64,000 bases of DNA from Elusimicrobiota bacterium. GTDB taxonomy: Bacteria; CG03; SLGR01; PWQF01. Below, one piece after another: positions 63,585-64,000 of this stretch. Below the pieces are notes generated by a model, which saw only the letters and a program-made list of their open reading frames with translations, was not told the origin of the DNA and did not search any database. A program made the translations under genes and the position numbers. Within the stretch, counting starts at the first letter, position 1; the number at the start of each line of letters is the position of its first letter. The stretch spans positions 13,789 to 77,788 of the forward strand of contig PWOI01000179.1 of assembly GCA_003557485.1 (NCBI GenBank), in the 5' to 3' direction.

Positions 63585-64000
63585 AAATTATACTGGCTTC
63601 TGATCACCGGGGTTTTGAACTTAAAGAAGAAATAAAAAAGTTCCTGAAAGAGAAAGGACATGACATTGTTGACGTAGGAACAGAGAGTTCTGAAAGAACA
63701 GATTATCCTTTTTATGCAAGAAAAGGAGCGGATATTATCAGAAAAACTGAAGGAAGTAAAGGTGTTTTTATATGTGGAAGCGGCCTGGGCATATGTATTG
63801 CAGCCAATAAAGTCCCGGGAGTAAGAGCTATTACCGCCCGCTGTCCCGAAGATTCCCGTATGGGTGTGATGCATAATAATGCTAATGTAATTTGCCTCGG
63901 CGCGGACAGGACCGGATTTAAAAAGGCAAAGAAAATAATAGCAGAGTTTCTCAACGGAAGTTTTGAGGGGGGGCGCCATCAGGACAGGTTGACTATGATA
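63580..64000 (+). CDS. Second RpiB/LacAB-family sugar-phosphate isomerase paralog, 3'-truncated by the window edge. Not in the supplied ORF track.
   Basis: ATG at 63580 overlaps the previous stop (ATGA). Translation MKIILASDHRGFELKEEIKKFL...GVFICGSGLGICIAANKVPGVRAI...VICLGADRTG. Confidence 0.75.

Noticed and set aside
1-64000. CRISPR arrays, rRNA/tRNA genes, insertion sequences
   Set aside because: I scanned the intergenic gaps longer than 100 bp (6858-7130, 16563-16754, 37182-37400, 50105-50351, 57559-57718). There are no repeat-spacer periodicity, no tRNA cloverleaf signatures and no transposase-like ORFs.

Overview
The window is a 64-kb stretch of bacterial chromosome in which every convincing gene (about 60) lies on the + strand. 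All minus-strand ORFs in the track look like shadow ORFs inside + strand genes. I found no rRNA, tRNA, CRISPR array, transposase or prophage.

The housekeeping content is a complete tryptophan operon (trpE-D-G-C-F-B-A) with an upstream leader-peptide attenuator, followed by accD-folC, lptD, tatA-tatC, rpsP-khpA-trmD-rplS, yraN-comM, dprA-topA-xerC, rpe, smpB, polA-coaE-rho and tpiA.

Three accessory regions stand out:

- **T9SS cargo pair (1-6857).** A giant cell-surface protein of at least 1930 aa, with FG-GAP/VCBS repeats, FN3/Ig-like domains and a C-terminal type IX secretion sorting domain. It is immediately followed by a FadL/PorV-family outer-membrane beta-barrel. The C-terminal sorting domain suggests a Bacteroidota/FCB-group-like organism.

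- **Riboswitch-fronted motor-like operon (6858-16562).** A 273-bp leader carries a near-consensus sigma70 promoter, a candidate c-di-GMP-I (GEMM) riboswitch and an intrinsic terminator. Six tightly packed genes follow: a FadL/PorV-like barrel fused to TPR repeats, a membrane-anchored protein with FliG middle/C-terminal homology plus TPRs, a 1302-aa coiled-coil protein, FlbD, MotA and MotB. No other flagellar genes are in the window. I read this as a candidate, apparently undescribed, c-di-GMP-regulated stator/rotor-like envelope machine, possibly linked to T9SS, gliding or adhesion. An ordinary flagellated organism cannot be excluded from the sequence alone.

- **Bacterial-microcompartment locus (57599-64000, running off the window).** Promoter, tpiA, a PduL-like phosphotransacylase, BMC-H, BMC-P, a CoA-acylating aldehyde dehydrogenase with an N-terminal encapsulation-peptide-like helix, a PduS/RnfC-like Fe-S flavoprotein, a tandem BMC-T with a pore cysteine, and two RpiB paralogs. 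This resembles the sugar-phosphate-utilising (SPU) BMC class, whose function is unknown.

Smaller points of interest: a degenerate second TrpF-like gene after trpA; S16 with a 150-aa acidic tail containing a 2 x 123-bp tandem repeat; a stable hairpin terminator between khpA and trmD with rimM absent; an SPS-like GT4 glycosyltransferase paired with a P-loop kinase behind a consensus promoter; a GAF-GGDEF diguanylate cyclase; an UBA-like membrane protein after xerC; and a kinase-less PASTA protein.
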